From Pocillopora damicornis (lineage: Eukaryota): a DNA stretch of 64,000 nucleotides. This document shows, piece by piece, positions 59,601 to 64,000 of this stretch. Each line of letters begins with the position of its first letter. Within the stretch, counting starts at the first letter, position 1. The position numbers were made by a program, and so were the translations under genes. The notes beneath the pieces are model-generated. The model saw only the letters and a list, made by a program, of their open reading frames with translations, was not told where the DNA came from and ran no database searches. Location: assembly GCF_003704095.1 (NCBI RefSeq), contig NW_020847344.1, positions 1 to 64,000 on the forward strand, given 5' to 3'.

Positions 59601-62600
59601 CCAGTTGTGAAAGAGATCCATGAACCCAGTAACAGTTAATTGAATTTATTTTATTTATTATTGGGCAATCTGTACATTTACAATGTGTTATTGTTAACTG
59701 TTTAATATAAGCTAATGAAATAGAACACCTCTCATAGAATCAGAGTTTGATTAAGAAATGTATCAGCAGGAGAATATTCTCCAAGTCTGAGTACTTAGAA
59801 AATAGCTCAGGGGTAGAATTTTACATAGTGACAGAAGAGAAGAAACTCTCTTATTGACTTTCAATCCTAAAATTGTCCATTGCACAGCCATGTTTGTAGC
59901 TCTGAATAAAGAGCTAAGACATAGCGACAAGGTCAACCTACTGAGTTGTGATAGACACAAGGCTAGTTGGCAATTGGTGATAGAGTTTGTGAACAGCTGT
60001 AGAGTGGAGTATTAGGGGAATTTCACTCCCAAGATCTCATTAGTAATTCTCTTTACTGTCTGCTATAAAATTCATGTGAAGTTAGTGTGGAGAATTTACT
60101 GGTGGATCAAATGATAATCCCCTAATTTATATTTTTCTTTATTCTCATCACAAATGCTATTTAATATTGTCAGATAAGGAAAAATTATGTCTTGGTCACT
60201 TATGGGAGGCAAAGGGTTAAGAATATTTATGAAAGCTGGCAATGGCTTTGTTGATGGTGTTGTGTTACAAATGCTTATGTAGTCTTTATATTTAGGATTG
60301 AAGACAAAGGACTTACCAAAGATAAAAAAGGAGGGACCATACAAATCAGAGGAGGAATACTTAAATACATACTTCAGACTTCTCAGAGAGGAATGCTTCC
60401 ATAAGTTACGCGAAGGAATCTATGATTTTGTTAAAAATGGATGTCAAAGCAGTTCAAAAGATATTACGATGTACAGGTATAAACAAATTGCTGTTTTACT
60501 CTCACATAGGATGATATTTAGGCTGGTTTGGCACTTTCTGTTATTATCAGGAGTATGTGAACAGGTTGTGAATACTGATATATGTACCTTATAATTCTGC
60601 TGATCTCATCTCATCCTCCTAGAAGAAACAAATATTACAATACTTAATAATATTGTAAGTTATAAATGCTTTCCAAGGGTAATTTATGGATAATGTTATT
60701 ATCATAGTTACTGCAGTCTCTTAGAGTACATGACATACACTGGTAAGTACACAAAACTTGCATGCTTGTCTAGTATTGTTTTCAATGTGTGTAATCAATT
60801 TGATATCCTCAGAGTTTTCCTGAGAGCAGTCTCCCTTCATAATGAATATTCTCCAACTATGATGTTACTTTCACTGCTGTACAAGAAATCAGAGTCATCT
60901 AAAAATAGTGATGAACAGCTTGAGTAAGTACATGTATCAAAGAGTTATCTTGTTGTTCTTTTGATATGTAACTCAACCAGCCTTTAGTAGTTTATTTATG
61001 AAGTCCATCCTGGTACAAATATCCTTTGAGACCCAAAGCTTAACTTAACTGTTTAATATACTAAATCGCTGACCACACTTAACTTTCTCATGGAAACAAG
61101 CAGCTTAGCTGACATAAAGTTTTGGAGACTCATGTGACATGTTAAGACATAATACTTTGGAAGCCATGGAAAAATGGCAAATTTTATTAAAGAAAAGGAC
61201 AGAACTTGAGTAATTTTATATAAAACTGTTAATTATTTTCAAATTAACTTAAACCTATGAAAAGAAGTAGTTGCCATGGGGACCAAAACAGTTGCAGCTT
61301 GGAGCACTGTACTAAGTTCATAATATGGTTTATTTTTGGATCACTTGTTTTTTAGGGGATTCCTCTTATTTTAGCATGACATTATAATTATAACTTAGTT
61401 AGTACATTATGTTATTGTATCTTTGCCAGTCAAGATTTCCTCCTGTATGGAGATCTGCTGTGTATTTCCCTGGATGGCTCTTTTAAAAAACCGATCTGGG
61501 GTCTGGTGGAAGGTCATATTTATGACCAGAGGTAATTAGTTTAATCAACTTTAAGTCTAAATTCGAAATGGTGAATCAAAAATACATTAATGTTAAAATT
61601 CTTCCAATCTCACCAAATTTTATTGAAATTGGAAGAATTTTAATGGCAGCGAATACAATCATGTATGTCAGGCCTTAGATGTATCGAATATTAATAGTTC
61701 TGCATCTCTAGGCTTTTGTACTCAATATAATCAATGTTGTTATTTCTACAATTTTCATGGGTTACTCTCCCACACTGATGATTCTGATTGTAATTTACGT
61801 AACCCAACTTTCAAATTGCCACATTTAACTTAGATTTAGAAGTCTGGAATTGCATACCAATCAGTCTAAAACAGGCTCCCTCCATAAGTTATTTCAAGTA
61901 TGCTCTAAGAAACAAGTACCAAATTCAAATGTTCAACAACTTATCAATTCTAAAGGAAGCCTCCATAATCTTGAATAAAAACTAATATTTCATTTATTAT
62001 GATAACTATTAATTCATATATTTTAATTTAAACTAAAAGTTTTAATTTAAGGAATACTGTTGTATGTTAAAGTATATACACAAAGGTCCACATCGGTTCT
62101 GCTGCTTTCAATTTTTAACCAACATGTACTGTAAATAAAGTTGATTTATATTGTTCTTTGAATCCAGCATTGTTAGGATTACTCTTTGTGACAAAGCAAA
62201 TGACCTTTCAGAAGCAGAGTTTATTACACAGTTGCAAGAGGTTACAAACAAAAGTAAGTTTGTGGGCTGTTATTTAAACTTTGCTAAGGGAATAAAACAT
62301 TTAGTTATACAATTATAGCTTTTATATTTTCTTATGAATTGTTCTGTGATGTCACATTTATTTTGGTTCTTTTGAGAAATCTGGACTCTAGAGATTTTGA
62401 GTGCAAATTGCTTAAGTTCTGATGGATCTAAGTGAGCATCAAAGTAGCAAGAATTACCAGATGCTATCATGAGTAGCTGTACATGTATTTCACAGTTTTT
62501 AATTTATTATAGGAATGTAACTTGTGAACTTGAGGTTGGGAATCTTTCTTGGATAGATTCAGACTCATTGGGACAATGGAGAGCACATTGTTCAATGAGC

Positions 62601-63797
62601 TGAAGCAGGGGATGAGTAGGCCATGCAGGTCAAATGGTTAATATTTCATTGAAGCCTTTTATTGATCTCCAGATGATGGAGCATACATGGCACAGAGCCA
62701 CACATTCTATCAGGCATTTGCTTCAGCCATGGAAGTTCTGCAGCACAAAGGTTAGCCAATGGTGTCGATTTGAATGAAATAAGGAAAATTTTACATTTGG
62801 ATTTTTTACGTAGCCATCCATCACAGGGTTGGTACAAAGTCCCATTTAAATAATCATGCAGATCCATTTTCTTAGATAGCTTGATAGTTTTGATGATAAG
62901 AGTGCTGTATATGGTTTTGCAGGGCACTCATAGGTCATCCTGGTCAGACATGAATTTTTTTGTGTTTTATTGTCTAAGCATATATTTTTATGTAATTGAT
63001 TTTTCTGTGAAGGAAGAACTATATATGATTCCCAGAAAAATAGCTATTACATAATTAAATGGTTCTCACATTTTTTTTATTTCTAAGAGATGACTGGCCA
63101 AGAAACACTTCATTAAAACTTCTTCACTAGTCTTCCTATCATCAGCGCAAGATCTTAATTTGGATTAAAATGGACAATGCAGCAATGCTTTACACACATT
63201 GTTCACTTTCATTAAAGTTCCTAACATGCTCTTTACACCACATTCAAATGTCACAATTGGCCATCTTATTGTTGAGGAACAAGAATTTGATAGTCAGTCA
63301 TAAACACAAGGAGTGATGAAGTACATATATTTGTTTTCCCATTTTTTCTTTAGATCATGTTCCATTTAAAGAATTCTTGGTTTACCCAAAACCAAACTAC
63401 TTTGAGCCAGTTGAATACCTAACTGACATTAAAAGTCCCCCAGATTGGGAGATAATCTTTCATAAGGAGTCTCTGAAAGGTCAGGAAAAACAGTCTCCTT
63501 ACTCACCTCTAAAAGATCTCGAGGGAATGCGGGTAAACAGCAACTTCAAATCCAAACTTGATCGAACACAGCTTGCAGCAGTGGAACTGGCACTAAAAAA
63601 CAAGCTTGTGCTGATTCAGGTAATGCTTTAACTTGTATCCGCCCAATATCCACATAGAATTATTTGGTCATATGTAAAATTTTTGCTATTCCTTTCTTCC
63701 ACAGGGTCCTCCGGGAACTGGAAAGTCATTTGTGGGTGTGGCCATAGTGCGCCTTCTTTTGTCCATGAAGGTGCCACAAAGCCATGGACCTATTCTG
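56666..63797 (+). CDS. ZNFX1: ZNFX1-like (NFX1-type zinc finger-containing 1) SF1/UPF1-like RNA helicase, 5' part only; continues beyond the window
   Basis: Exons 56666-57294, 57847-57939, 58554-58766, 59357-59628, 60296-60476, 60813-60923, 61430-61531, 62168-62253, 62673-62750, 63354-63619, 63705-63797 join in frame. ZNFX1-type blocks GPYKSEEEYLNTYFRLLREE, LLYGDLLCIS and VPFKEFLV, the Q-motif LDRTQ and Walker A LIQGPPGTGKS are present. Probably one of several paralogs rather than a strict ortholog. Confidence 0.88.
60020..60219. mobile_element. Diverged TTAA-MITE copy (ZNFX1 intron)
   Basis: actcccaagatc...gtcttggtcacttatgggaggcaaagggttaa matches the 4790-5000 family. Confidence 0.65.
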
Positions 63798-64000
63798 GTA
63801 AAATAACTCGTTGTCCAATAGCCTCTTTATCATAAGTGCACGGTTAAGCACATGTAGTCTGCGTAACAAACTATTTTTTTGTTGCAAAACAAACTTGCTA
63901 GGGAATGGGATTGTAATCTTGATCTAACGGCAGATTCTCGTAACTGATTTACCAGAAAATGTGTAGTATATAAAAGGGGGAATTTACAATCAGATCTAAG

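Noticed and set aside
1-64000. CRISPR arrays, operons or prokaryotic defence systems
   Set aside because: The sequence is eukaryotic with spliceosomal introns, and no regularly spaced repeat-spacer array was seen.

Overview
Eukaryotic, AT-rich, intron-containing genomic DNA with five N-gaps. Gene content and repeats suggest a stony coral or other anthozoan (inference). Gene models were built by hand from GT/GC-AG boundaries and frame continuity. In order: (1) a 5-exon CCR4/nocturnin/ANGEL/PDE12-family EEP phosphodiesterase (+); (2) two paralogous type-I receptors (+) with Cys-rich ectodomains and tails dense in tyrosine motifs, flanking (3) a transmembrane mucin (+); (4) MFSD3 (+); (5) a tandem array of three 8-exon genes (-) encoding KH-KH plus an uncharacterised ~300-aa domain whose motif order resembles the Cet1-type triphosphate tunnel (TTM/CYTH) fold; (6) head-to-head with that array, a ZNFX1-like SF1 RNA helicase (+) that runs off the window. 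The middle KH gene is a chimera made by a ~7-8 kb tandem duplication. It has substituted a Trp and three His residues that the other two paralogs share, and its promoter carries an intact ISRE-like motif next to an Ets site. The best candidate for an undescribed system is a KH-KH-TTM-like/ZNFX1 RNA-surveillance (possibly antiviral) locus. The fold and function calls are inferences from motifs and were not verified by any search.
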